Shown in pieces: positions 40,506-51,442 of a stretch of DNA of 64,000 nt (position 1 is the first letter of the stretch; the number at the start of each line of letters is the position of its first letter). A program made the position numbers and the translations under genes. Under the pieces are notes generated by a model, which did not search any database, was not told the DNA's origin, and saw only the letters and a list, made by a program, of their open reading frames with translations. The stretch is from Camelus dromedarius (taxonomy: Eukaryota). The stretch spans positions 54,252,001-54,316,000 of the forward strand of contig NC_087436.1 of assembly GCF_036321535.1 (NCBI RefSeq), read 5' to 3'.

Positions 40506-40539
40506 GAGTAAGGGTTCTTAATTCCCCAGTTCCTTCAAA

Positions 40540-41860
40540 TAATTTTTTTTTTCAAGATTGAGGTATTCTTTTGAAATGTTTGTAAGAATTCACTGTTTGA
40601 AGCCTTCTGGACCTGTTGTTTGTGGGAAGATTTTTTAAGAAGATTCAATTCCCTCACGTATTCTTCACTTGTTTCTGAGGCTTGGTATTGGACCTTGTTG
40701 ACTCTGGATAGACCGCCCCTTTCAGGCTTAGCCAGTTAATAGAAATAGCCAATCGCTCTTTTGCCAACGTGCCTTTTCTATGCAGATAAGCCAATCCAGA
40801 GCTCACACCACCAACCACCTCTTCTCTGGGACACTCTCACTTGGAGCCACCGTTCTTCTGCTCTGATCACCCCAGGTCAGGTACCAGGCAGCTAAGGTTA
40901 GCCCCCTAGCCCAGGACCCTGCTGAAGTTTTTCAAACTAGCCAATTTTAAGCCTGTATGCCCTGCCTCACCTGTTCCTTCCTGTGGAAACCACAGTAAAG
41001 GCTCTCACCCGTGTTTTTGCCTCACTTCTGCGTCCTGACCAGCCGGTTGCTTCCCGGTGTGGCTTCCGATGCCGTGGCATGCTTCCTCCTTTTAGGACGG
41101 GTGAGTATAACAAACTCTCTTTTCAGTGGCGGTCATCTACTGACCTGTTGGCTTCGCATACTTAAATAATAATAAAACCTGCATTTTAAATACCTTAGTA
41201 GATATTGGACCATTTATATTTTGTATTTCTTTTTTCTACTTTTATTAATTCAACTTTGTGAGAAATATATCCATTTCTTGCAAATTGTCAAGTAGATTTT
41301 CTTAAAGTTAATTGTATTTCCTTTTTATTTTTTTTTTGGTTTCTAAGCTCTATAGCGATGCCCTTTTATTACCCCCTGATATTGGTAATTTGTTTCCTTC
41401 TCTTCTTTCCTTCCTTTTTTTCTGTAATCAGTCTTACTAGGTGTTTATCAATATTTATCTTTTTTAAAAAAGGAAACCTTTGACTTTTTTGATTTTTTTT
41501 CTATTATGTGTTTATTTTCTATTTCATTGATTATAATTTCTTCCTTTGCACTTCCCCTTAAGTTTGATTTGTTCTTTTTCTGGTTTTTGAAATGGAATCT
41601 AAATCAATAATTTTCAGCTTTCCTTCTTTTTTGAGTATATGTATTTTTAAGGCAATACATTTCCTTTATACACTGCTTTGTTCTACACATTTTATGTTTT
41701 TTTGTTTGTTTGTTTTCACTTAGTTAAAACATTCTTTAACTCACATTTTGGCCTATTTAGAAAAGTATTGTTTAATTTCCACGGAGTTGGCTTTTTTTCT
41801 AACTCTTTGTTAGTGATTTCAGGCTTGCTTCCATTATGGAAATAGAGCATATGATCAATT
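40540..41860 (-). mobile_element. Old L1 ORF2 fragment interrupted by an LTR
   Basis: gaattcactgtttgaagccttctggacctg...gtgggaagattttt, resuming after ~41193 as T-rich reverse L1. Confidence 0.65.
40652..41192 (+). mobile_element. MER74/MER73-like ERVL LTR
   Basis: ccttcctgtggaaaccacagtaaaggctct...aataataataaaacctgcattttaaata resembles the MER74-group 3' end. Subfamily is from memory. Confidence 0.6.
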
Positions 41861-44535
41861 TTTTTGTGTGTATGTGAAAGGAATGACCCATCACTTTGTG
41901 ATATCTGTAGACCTTTCCTTAATGCATAAAAATATTCCTAACAATGCATACTATTTCACCTGCTGGCTCTCTAATCTCATGAGATAGAACACATTAGGAG
42001 CTGCAGACTTTATTTTGAACATCCTGATTATCGCCAACAATTATTTTTAAGTTTTCAGAATCTATTTTTATGAATCAATATATGGATTTTAATTTTCAGT
42101 AGCAAAGTTAGTTTTTCACAGAAAAGGTGGGCATTAAATAAGAGTTGAGTATTTTTCCTCAGTCTTTTGGAATATCATTACTCAAGAATATCTTTTAAAA
42201 CATCTTTATTTCACTTTGAATCACTCTGTTGGACATTTATTTAAGAACATTGCTGTATGGTTGGTTTTTAATGTCTTTATATATGCATATCTTAGCCTTA
42301 GAGAGATGGTTTATACCCTAAAGTTGAAAATTCTATCTTCATTGTTGCCCTTCATGGTTTGGTATCAATGCTAAGTACACAGTTGGTTCTCAGCATATAC
42401 TTTTACATTTAAGAAAGAATATAAATCAATTAAACTTTTTAAAATCAATTAAAAAAAAAAACTAACCAAAAAAGAAAATACAAATTGAAGTCTGCTCTTT
42501 TCCTCTGAGCAGTACCTGCCTCAAAGGAAGAATAGATGTACATAATTTTGAAATATTTAATTAGTCTAAAAAAGAGATGGAATCTTTGACAAACTGATAT
42601 ATAGTCTAAAAGAAACACTTGACATTGTTTACATAAAAGTTTAGAGACTGGGTGTATCTTTCACATTATACCTTTCATAGTCTGTTTTAGTGTTTTTGTG
42701 CCTAGAATTTCTGAGGCCCAAGGCTGCTTGAGGCTAGAGTATTTCTAGCCTCTGTATCAATACAGCTTGTAAGATGTATCTTTACATGAATATGAATATA
42801 CTTTTTAAATATTAAATTTATTGTATTTATATAAAATGCTACCATGTATATTGTTTTAATTTTTCACTGTTATGTTTTGAGTTTTTCTTAGCCAGGTAAG
42901 ATAAAAATGAAAAAAAATATAAAAGTCATTAAAATTGTTTGCCAGTGTTATATATGTGTTCAGATTTTCTCAATTTGTTCCCCTATTTCCAAAATCCTTC
43001 CCTGACCTAGCACTTTATTTTCCTGGTCACTTATCCCATCTCATCTATACTTTCTTGCTAGTTCAATGTGCTAATTCTTTTTTATATGGTGGTGAGCCAC
43101 CATTACAGTGCTTCTAACTGAGCTTCAGAGAATCCTCAGATTAGTTGTGTTTACCTTAAAAGTAATTTCTAGAAATATATGATGAGCATCAACTTAACTT
43201 GATAAGAATTTTCTCTCAGATAAAGATTACTCTGAAAACAGCTCTGTAGATGGAGGTTTTCTTGTTTGTTGGTATTCAAGTATTATTTAATTATCCAGTT
43301 CAGGTAAATCATTTCAAAGAATTAGTTATTTTGCATGTTTAGATCTAGATCTTATAACTTAGAAATTTTGAAAATTTTATTTTTAGTATCTGTTCTAAAA
43401 GTACAGTTTTGATATAAGCTTGAACATTCTTAGAATTGATTTGCAATTATAATTTTATGTTACTTTTGATTAAAATAAACACTCAAAATCACAAAGCAAC
43501 CTAGAAAATATATTATTGTAAATGTTAAAATTTGTCTTCAACTTGCTCATTTAAATTTGCTTATTACATTTAATATCTTCACACTTAAATTTAAAATTTA
43601 GCATAAGATTGTATAGAAAAATTTGGGGTTTATATATGCACTAGAAGTTTTAAAATTTGTAACACACTGATTCTGTCTGATGTTTGTTACATTTAAAAAC
43701 ACAGTGATACCCATGTATTGAAAATGGATTTTAGTATTTAATCTGTAATGTGTAGGTGTATGGCCCACCATTAATGACCTTTGGGAATATAAACACTTAG
43801 AGTTACCTGTTACCATTGAACTGAAATCTTAAGTGAGATTTTAAAGCTGTACTGCTGTCATTACACCATTGAGGAGCAGAAGTTGCTCTGTAGTTCAAGG
43901 AGACAGATCATTTATGTATACATCCCATCCTTTCCCCTGACCTCAGACATACGTCCAACTACCTATCTGATATCTCCACTTGGATTTCTAATTAGTACTT
44001 GGGTTGAATTACCCAAACCCAGTTAATTATTATAACTTTTTTATTTCCTCTAATTCCAGACAAATAGCATAAAAGTACCTTAAAACACAACTCAAGTGAG
44101 GAAATAAGTCAGAGAAAGTTTTTGAAGGAAGTAAACTTGGAGCTGATTCTTAATTTAGTGGATTGAGAGAGATGTACAAAAAGGACACATTTGTTATATT
44201 CCCGGGATAGCTGTTTATCCTCTTTCGTTTCTTGTTCCTGTTTCTATCACGACTATCTGGATTTTCCTTGAAGCCTAAATTGCACAAATTCCCTTCAGGA
44301 TGAAGCTTATTTTTAACATCATTGTAAAATACCTGTTCTGTTGTCAGTATTCTTGGAAGAAACATACCAGTGTGAATTTATTTTGTTCAAAGAGTTATTT
44401 ATTAGAAACTATTATTACTTCAAGCTTTATCATAAAGTTGCCCCTTTCCTCTTCAGAATTGTATTATTGGATTATTATTACAACTAGATTCTCTATTTGC
44501 TGGTAGATCCAAAATTATATGCCAGCTGGTTAGGC

Positions 44536-44718
44536 CAGTGTTTCTTGGCCCTGGCTTAAAAAGCTTCTTAGAATCAGCTAGAGAGTATTAACAAATGCTG
44601 ATGCCAAGACCCCACCCCTAGATGTTATAAATTAACTGTTGTGAGGTGGGGCCCAAGTATCCATATTTTTTAAAGCTCTCAGACAATGTTAATATAAGTG
44701 CATATTGAAAACTGAGTT
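44536..44718. mobile_element. MER5-like hAT MITE
   Basis: cagtgtttct...tagaatcagctagagag...aatgctgatgccaagaccccacccctaga...gaggtggggcccaagtatccatatttttt. Confidence 0.6.
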
Positions 44719-44804
44719 GGACTATCCTATAATTTACACTAAATTTTACTCAGTGTTAACCCTCTTTGCTTTCTAATTAGTTTAATTTCAAACACTTGTT
44801 CACT

Positions 44805-45240
44805 AGTTCATTTGCTTATTCATTAATTCAGACATTCAATATATACTTATTAAGGGTCTATCATGAGTAATTCTAGGTGGTATGAACACAGAGGTGGACA
44901 AGACAAGATGTAGATTTTAGCTCTCATGGAAGTAATACTTTAGTGCAGAAGTAATAAAGGCCTTAAGTCAAAAAAGTTATATGATGTGATCTTTTTGTTG
45001 TTGTTGATGTTGTGAGTCAGTAACAGAATAGAGTACTGTGAAAGAGAAGAGTGACGGAGATTGGGTGTGAGTTAAATCTCCCAGAATGTTTCTCTGATGA
45101 AATGACGTTTGAGTTAGGATCTAAGGAATGAGAAGAAGCCGATGGTGAGAAGAGGCCGAGGAAGTTTGAACCAGACAGAAGGATCATTTAGTATCAGACC
45201 CCTGAGGAGGGAGAGACTTTATATTTTTGAGGAAAAGAAA
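44805..45240 (-). mobile_element. L2 3' portion
   Basis: ttcatttgcttattcattaattcagacattcaatatatacttattaagggtctatcatg. Confidence 0.65.
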
Positions 45241-46349
45241 GGAAACTAGATGGATAACTTTCAGATGAGAAAAATCAGTTCCTATTTGAATTGATGTTCC
45301 CTCAATGATAATGTATCATTTCCCTTTGATCTATTTCAAGATTTCCTTTTTTTTGTCTTTGGTTTTTAGCAATTTGATTATGGTGTGTTTGGGTAGAGAT
45401 TTACATGGGTTTATCTTGTTTGACATTCTTGGATCTGTTGGTTTTTATCTTTGATCAGATTTAGGAATTTTTAGTAATTATTCCTTCAAATGTACACATT
45501 ATCCCTGCACGCTTTCTTTTTTCCTTTCGAGGAGAATCTTTGTAGTGTGATTCTGTTCTGTCCTGTTTGTATGTTACCCAGTGGCCAATTTGAAGCCTGT
45601 CTCTGCCCTATAGTTTCTACAGCACCAAGTGGGGCATGGGAGAGGTATCATTTCTTTTGTGCAGTGCATGGATGCTCCATAGGGCTCTGCCTGACAGTCT
45701 CCCTGCAACATCAGATGGGGAAGAGGCAGGGTGCAGATTCTTTTGAAGTAGAATGAGTATAGTCAAAAGTCCCACAGGGACTTCTTCCTGGTTCTTTGGT
45801 TAGAGAGAACAGGCTTTTCTTGAGGCTGGTTTTTTTTTTTTTTTTTTTCCTTCCTTGTTTTTCCTTCATGTGTCAGTTGGCATTTTCAGGGTATGAGCTG
45901 CACTGTGTCTAGGCTAGGATGTATAGGAGGGAAAAAAAGAAAAACACTTAGGGGGTTAACTACCAGGTCTTCCTTTGAGTCCTGAGGTTCTTAGTCCACT
46001 TTATTTTCTCTACTTTTCAGGGTTTCTAATAGCTATATTTGATCTAGGGTTTTAATTTTAATTTGCAGGATTAGGGTCGCATGTGCTTATTCCATTTTGT
46101 CTGAAACGGAAACTCTCCTATTTAGTTTTCACAGCTGGCTCTCCCTGTCCACTGTCTTGCATCTGTACCTGTTTGCCTTTTGTATATCTTTGGAGAAATT
46201 CAGGTCCCTTGCCCACTTTTTAAAGTGGGTTATTTGTATTTTTGCTATTGAGCTTTATGAGTTCTTTATATGTTTTGCATATTAATCTGTTATCAAATAT
46301 ATGGTTTGCAAATAGTTTTTCCCATCCTGTAGTTTGTCTTTTTACTTTG

Positions 46350-47737
46350 ATTTTTTAAAATTTCTTGATAATGTTTATTATATTTAAGGTAAAAACATAA
46401 CACTGATCTTTAGAATAAAAAAATGAACATCTCCATCATGTATCTTTGTTCCCAATGATCTCTTTCAGTTAGATCTGTGAAATAATACAGAGCGCAATGT
46501 CAATATACCCTTCATTTCAAAGGCCAAAAAAATAGGGATTAAGCAGTGAGATCATTTCTATTAGATTTTATATTAGTATCAATTAATGAGTTAGTCAACC
46601 TTAGTTGATTGTTTTTCTAAGTGAGTATCAGTTAATTTAATCTCACCCAAATGAATGGGTCTATTCTGGTTGTTCAATGTGATAGAGAAACTCTGCAGGT
46701 AAGAAGTATTCAAGGTATTCCACTGTATCTGGGGTAGTGTCATAATGGTAGTGTCCACCTCCTCCATGATAACTGAAACAATGAGTGTGCTTCAACTGCA
46801 AATCAAACCCTGGGTCTCTGGAGACAGAAACTGGCAGACAAACCAAAGGAGCCTTCATCTCATGAAAATGCAACCATTTATTCACCTCTTCATCAGAGTT
46901 CAATGAGCAGGAAGAAAATTCTGCAGGCATAATGTGAGTCTTCACTTTTCCCTTCTGAATTACAAAAGTACCTCCCATCCCTACGGGCTTACCTCCATAA
47001 TGTTTTTCAAGAGTCTGTCTCATACAAGTCCCAAAGTTAAGCTTTCCAGTTCTTCTTTTGTCCTGCACCTCAACGACCTTTCCAGATTGGCCCTCACTGG
47101 CAAATAGATTAGCCAGTAGTGCAAACCCAAAGTCATGATATTTCTCACTATGTTTCTCCAGTAGGCACCCTCCATCTGCAGGGTTAACATGAGCAAAGGG
47201 ACTTCCATTCACAAGAGGTTTGTGTTCACTTTCTGTTTGAATAACTGGCATAAACTCAGAATTGAATCCAAGAGTCTGAAATGGGCCTGCTCCCGCACCA
47301 AGAATAAAAGCCCCAGGAGACTGGACTTCTTTTGCGATCTTATTTAGATCATAAACCTTTTTTTTTTTTTTTTTATTTACTAGAGGCAGTAAATAAGGCA
47401 CACCTCCTACGTCTGTAATTCTAGTTTTCCCACAGATGCCTTTTACAGGAAAGGTAAATGGCTCCTTAGTCAAATCAGGGCAATCAGCTATAGAGACCTG
47501 GACATCAGCAAAGTTCTCCTTCAGCCCCTTCTGCAGAACTCCAACAAGCTCCTCTAGACTTGGCACATGGGAAGAATACTCAGCACAAGCCATTTTCTTT
47601 CTTCCTTAGGTGCGAGGATGTAGAAAATAAAGCTACTGTAGGCTGATTATCACAGGAGTTCACAGTGCACTGAGCTTGAACAGCTGCTGCTCCGATTGGT
47701 TAGGGAAGCCTACACCTGAAGCCTCCACTTGCCTCAG
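46350..47737 (-). pseudogene. C11orf54: Processed retrocopy of C11orf54 (PTD012/BKGD, DUF1907 zinc protein), ORF 47593-46661, 310 aa
   Basis: Intronless ORF MACAEYSSHVPSLEEL...HTHCFSYHGGGGHYHYDTTPD recognisable as C11orf54. ~144-nt 5' UTR, 3' UTR with AATAAA (46374-46379), short A remnant, candidate TSD TTTTTACT[T/G]TG (46339-46349 and 47738-47748). TAG and TGA fall before the ancestral TAA (46637-46639). Confidence 0.95.
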
Positions 47738-49555
47738 TTTTTACTGTGTTGATAGTTTCCTTTGCTGTGCAGGAGTTTTTTGGTTTGATGTTGTCCCATT
47801 TGTTTATTTATTTATTTTTTTTTGTTGCTGGGGCTTTAGATGTCATATCCAAAATATCATTATCAAGACCCATGTTCCTTTGTTTTCTTCTGGGAGTTTC
47901 ATGTCTTGTGTTTAAGTCTTTAATCCATTTTGTGTAATTTTTTGGTGAGTAGTGTAAGACATAAGTCCAGTTTAATTCTTTTACATGTGAATATCTAATT
48001 ATCTCAGTACCATTTATTGAAGACTGTCTTCTCTCTCTTGAGGGCTCTTGGCTCCCTTGTCAAATATTAGTTTACGTTATATGTTTGGGTTTATTTCTAG
48101 GCTCATGATTCTGTTCTGTTGGTCTATTTGTTTTAATGCCAGTACCATACTGTTTTGATGGCTATTGCTTTATAGTAAAGCTTGAAATCAAGAAGTGTGA
48201 TACCTTCTGCTTCGTTCTTCTTTCTCAGGATTTCTTTGGCTATTCGGGGTCTTTTAGGGTTCCATATAAATTTTAGGAGTGTTTTTTCTACTTCTGTAAA
48301 AATTGCCTTTGGAATCTTGACAAGGATTTCATTGAATCTATAGATGGCTTTTGATAATATTGACATTTTAACAATGTTAATTCTTTTAATTCATGAACAC
48401 AGATATCTTTCCATTTAGTTGTGTCTTCAATTTCTTTCATCAATGCCTTGTAGTTTTCAGCATAGAGATCTTTCATCTTCTTAATTGAATTTATTTCTAA
48501 TTTATTGTTTTTGATGCTATTATAAATGGTATTGATTTATTTATTTCCTTTTCAGATATTTTATTGTTACTGTATAGAAACACCACTGATTTTTGTATGT
48601 TAATATAGCTTGCAACTTTACTTAAATTATCTCTAACAGTTTTTGGTTGAGTCTTTAGTTTTCTATATAAAAAATCATGTCATTTGCAAATAGAGACAAC
48701 TTTGCTCCTTCCTTTCCAATTCTGATACTTTTATTTCTTATTTTTGCCTGATTGCTTTAGCTAGAACTTCCTCTACTATGTTGAATAGAAGTAGTGAGAG
48801 TGGGCACCTTTGTCTTGTTCCCGATCTTAGAGAAAAAGCTTTCATCATTTCACTACTGAGTATGGTGTTAGCTGTGGACTTGCCATACATGATCTTTATT
48901 ATATTGAAATATGTTCCTTCTATGCCTAATTTGTTAAGACTTTTTATAGGATAAATGTATGTTGAATTTTGTCAAATGCTTTTTTGGCATCTATTGAGAT
49001 GATCATATGATTTCTTTTCTTTCATTCTATTAATGTGATATTTCATATTGATTAATTTGTGTATGTTTCTTCTCTGGTAGTGACCTTTTCTGGTTTTAGT
49101 ATCAGGATAATGCTGGCCTTGTAAAATGAGTTTGGGAACATTCCCTCCTCTTCAGTTTTTGGAAGAATTTGAGAAGGACTGGTGTTCATTCTTCTTTAAA
49201 TATTTGGTAAAATTCACTAGTGAAGGCATTTGGTCCTAGGCTTTTCTGTTTTGGGATATTTAAAATTACTGATTCAATCTCTTTACTAGTAATTAGCCTA
49301 TTCAAATTTTTTATTTCTTACTGATTCAGTTTTGGTAAGTTGTATGTTTCTAAAAATTTCCCATTTCTCTTAGGTTGTGCAGTTTGTTGGTGTACAGTTG
49401 TTTATAGTGGCCTCTCATGATCCTTTGAATTTCTGTGATATCAGTTGTAATGTTTCCTTTTTACAATTTTGTTGATTGGAGTCCTTTTCTCCTTTTTTTC
49501 CTTGGTTAGTCTAGGTAAAGGTTTGTCAATTTTATCTTTTCAAAGAACTAAATTT

Positions 49556-49693
49556 GGGGGAGTAGGTATAGCTCAGTGGCAGAGTGCATGCTTAGCATTC
49601 ATGAGGTCTTGGATTCAGTCCCCAGTGATACCATTAACAATAAATAAAATTAAAAAAAATAGTACATTCTTACTGCAAGTATATCCCAAATAT
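49556..49693 (+). mobile_element. vic-1-type SINE nested in L1
   Basis: ggtatagctcagtggcagagtgcatgcttagcattcatgaggtcttggattcagtccccagt plus A-rich tail. Diverged TSD caaagaactaaattt / caaaggatcaacttt. Confidence 0.88.
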
Positions 49694-51211
49694 CAAAGGA
49701 TCAACTTTTAGTTTGGTTAATCTTTTATATATATTTTTTGTTGTCTAGTTCATTGATTTCTGCTCTAATCTTTGTAATTTATTTTCTTCTAACTTTGGGC
49801 TCAGTTTTTTCTTATTTTTCTAGTTCCTTTAAGTGTAGGGTTAGGTTGTTTATTTGGAATCTTAATGTAGTTTATTCCTATAAACTTTCCTTTTAGAAGT
49901 GCTGGTATGTTGTGTTTACATTTCATTGATCTCAAGAAATTTTTTAATTTCCCCTTTAATTTCTTTGATCTGTTGATTGTTCAGGAGAGTATTGTTTAAT
50001 TTCCATGTGTTCATTAAAATTTCAGTTTTCTTCTTATTATTGATTTCCAGTTTCATGCCATTGTGGTCAGAGAAGATGCTTGGTATGATTTTAGTCTTCT
50101 TGAATTTGCTAAGATTTGTTTTGTGCCTAACATATGCTCTATTCTAGAAAATGTTTCATATGCTTTTGAGAAGAATGTGTATTCTTCTGTTGTTGGAGAG
50201 AATGTTCTGTCTACGGCTATTAGATCCATTTGGTCTGTAGTGTTGTTCAGATCAACTGTTCCATTGTTGCTTCTCTGTCTGGATGATCTATCCATTATTG
50301 AAATTATGGTATTAAAGTCCCAACTATTATTATTTTACTGTATTCTTATTTTAGCTGTTAGTTTTTGCTTTATATATTTAGGTACTCCAATGTTGGATGA
50401 ATAAATATTTATAATTGTTATATCTTCTTGCTGTGTTGATCTTTATATATAATGACCTTCTCTCTTTTTACCATTTTTAGTTTAAAATCTATTTTGTCTA
50501 ATATAAGTATAGCTATGCCTGCTTTCTTTCTGGTTACCATTTGCTTGAAATATCCTTTTCTGTCCTTTCACTGTTAGTTTCTGTGTCTTTAAGGCTAAAG
50601 TGAGTCTCTTGTAGACAGCATATTGTTGGATCTTGTTTTTCTTTTTTAATCCATTCAGTCTTTTGATTGGAGAATTTAATCCATTTACAATTAAAATAAT
50701 TATTGATAGGTAAGGACTTAGTAGTATTGCCATTTTGTTAACGTTTTCTGGTGGTTTTGTAGATCCATTGTTACTCGTTTCTTATCTTGCTGTCTTTTTT
50801 TGTGTTTTGATGTCTTCTGGTATCAGTATACTTTGACTTCTTGATTGTGTTCTTTTGTGTAATTACTACAAGATTTTCCCCTGTAGTTATCGTTAGGTTT
50901 ACATAAAATATTTTAAACTATCAGCCTATTTTAAACTGTTAACTTCAATGGAATTCATATACTTTACACTTCTACTTTTTCTCCCACATTTTAATATTGT
51001 GTTACTATTAACAGATAGTTGTATTTATGGTTGTTTTTACCACTTAAATTTAAACTACAGCTGTGAATTTATGCATCTTCATTACCTTGTTGCAGAATCT
51101 ACCTATGACTATGTATTTACTGTTACCAGTGAGATTTATACTACTTATTTGTGTTTTTATGATGTTAATTATCATTCTTTTACTTGCACCAAAGAACTCC
51201 CTTTAGCATTT

Positions 51212-51442
51212 TTTGTCTCCTTTAAAATTAAACAGATTTATTTTCAAAGTGATAAGAAGTCAGAATTTCAAGGCTTTTCATAAAAGAGCAGTCCCCTTCC
51301 CTCATTCTCAAGCAGTAGCCACCCTATATTCTTTCGAATGTTTTTCTTTACTTTCTTTTTAAAGTTTTTATGCAATTTTAAGTCTTACTTTCCTTTTACA
51401 GTTATTACAAAATATTGACTATATTCTCTGTATTGTGCAATA
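51212..51442 (-). mobile_element. Truncated L1 3' end with ~130 bp of 3'-transduced sequence
   Basis: Perfect 13-bp TSD CCCTTTAGCATTT (51199-51211 and 51443-51455). Minus-strand order is L1 tail, A-rich tract, extra sequence, AATAAA (51237-51242), A remnant. Confidence 0.7.

Noticed and set aside
40215..40561. ORFs with repeated peptides (YACAxSxxQHYE on minus, WRMR on plus)
   Set aside because: They are translations of the 39-bp (13-codon) LTR tandem array, with no splice or homology support.
46661..47593. The authentic C11orf54 gene
   Set aside because: It is intronless, embedded in an L1 with a polyA signal and candidate TSD, and has premature stops. The parent gene is multi-exon.
40170..47737. 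Solo LTR acting as promoter for the C11orf54 retrocopy
   Set aside because: Both are on the minus strand, but the LTR lies ~6 kb downstream of the retrocopy. At most it could act as an enhancer or alternative polyA site.
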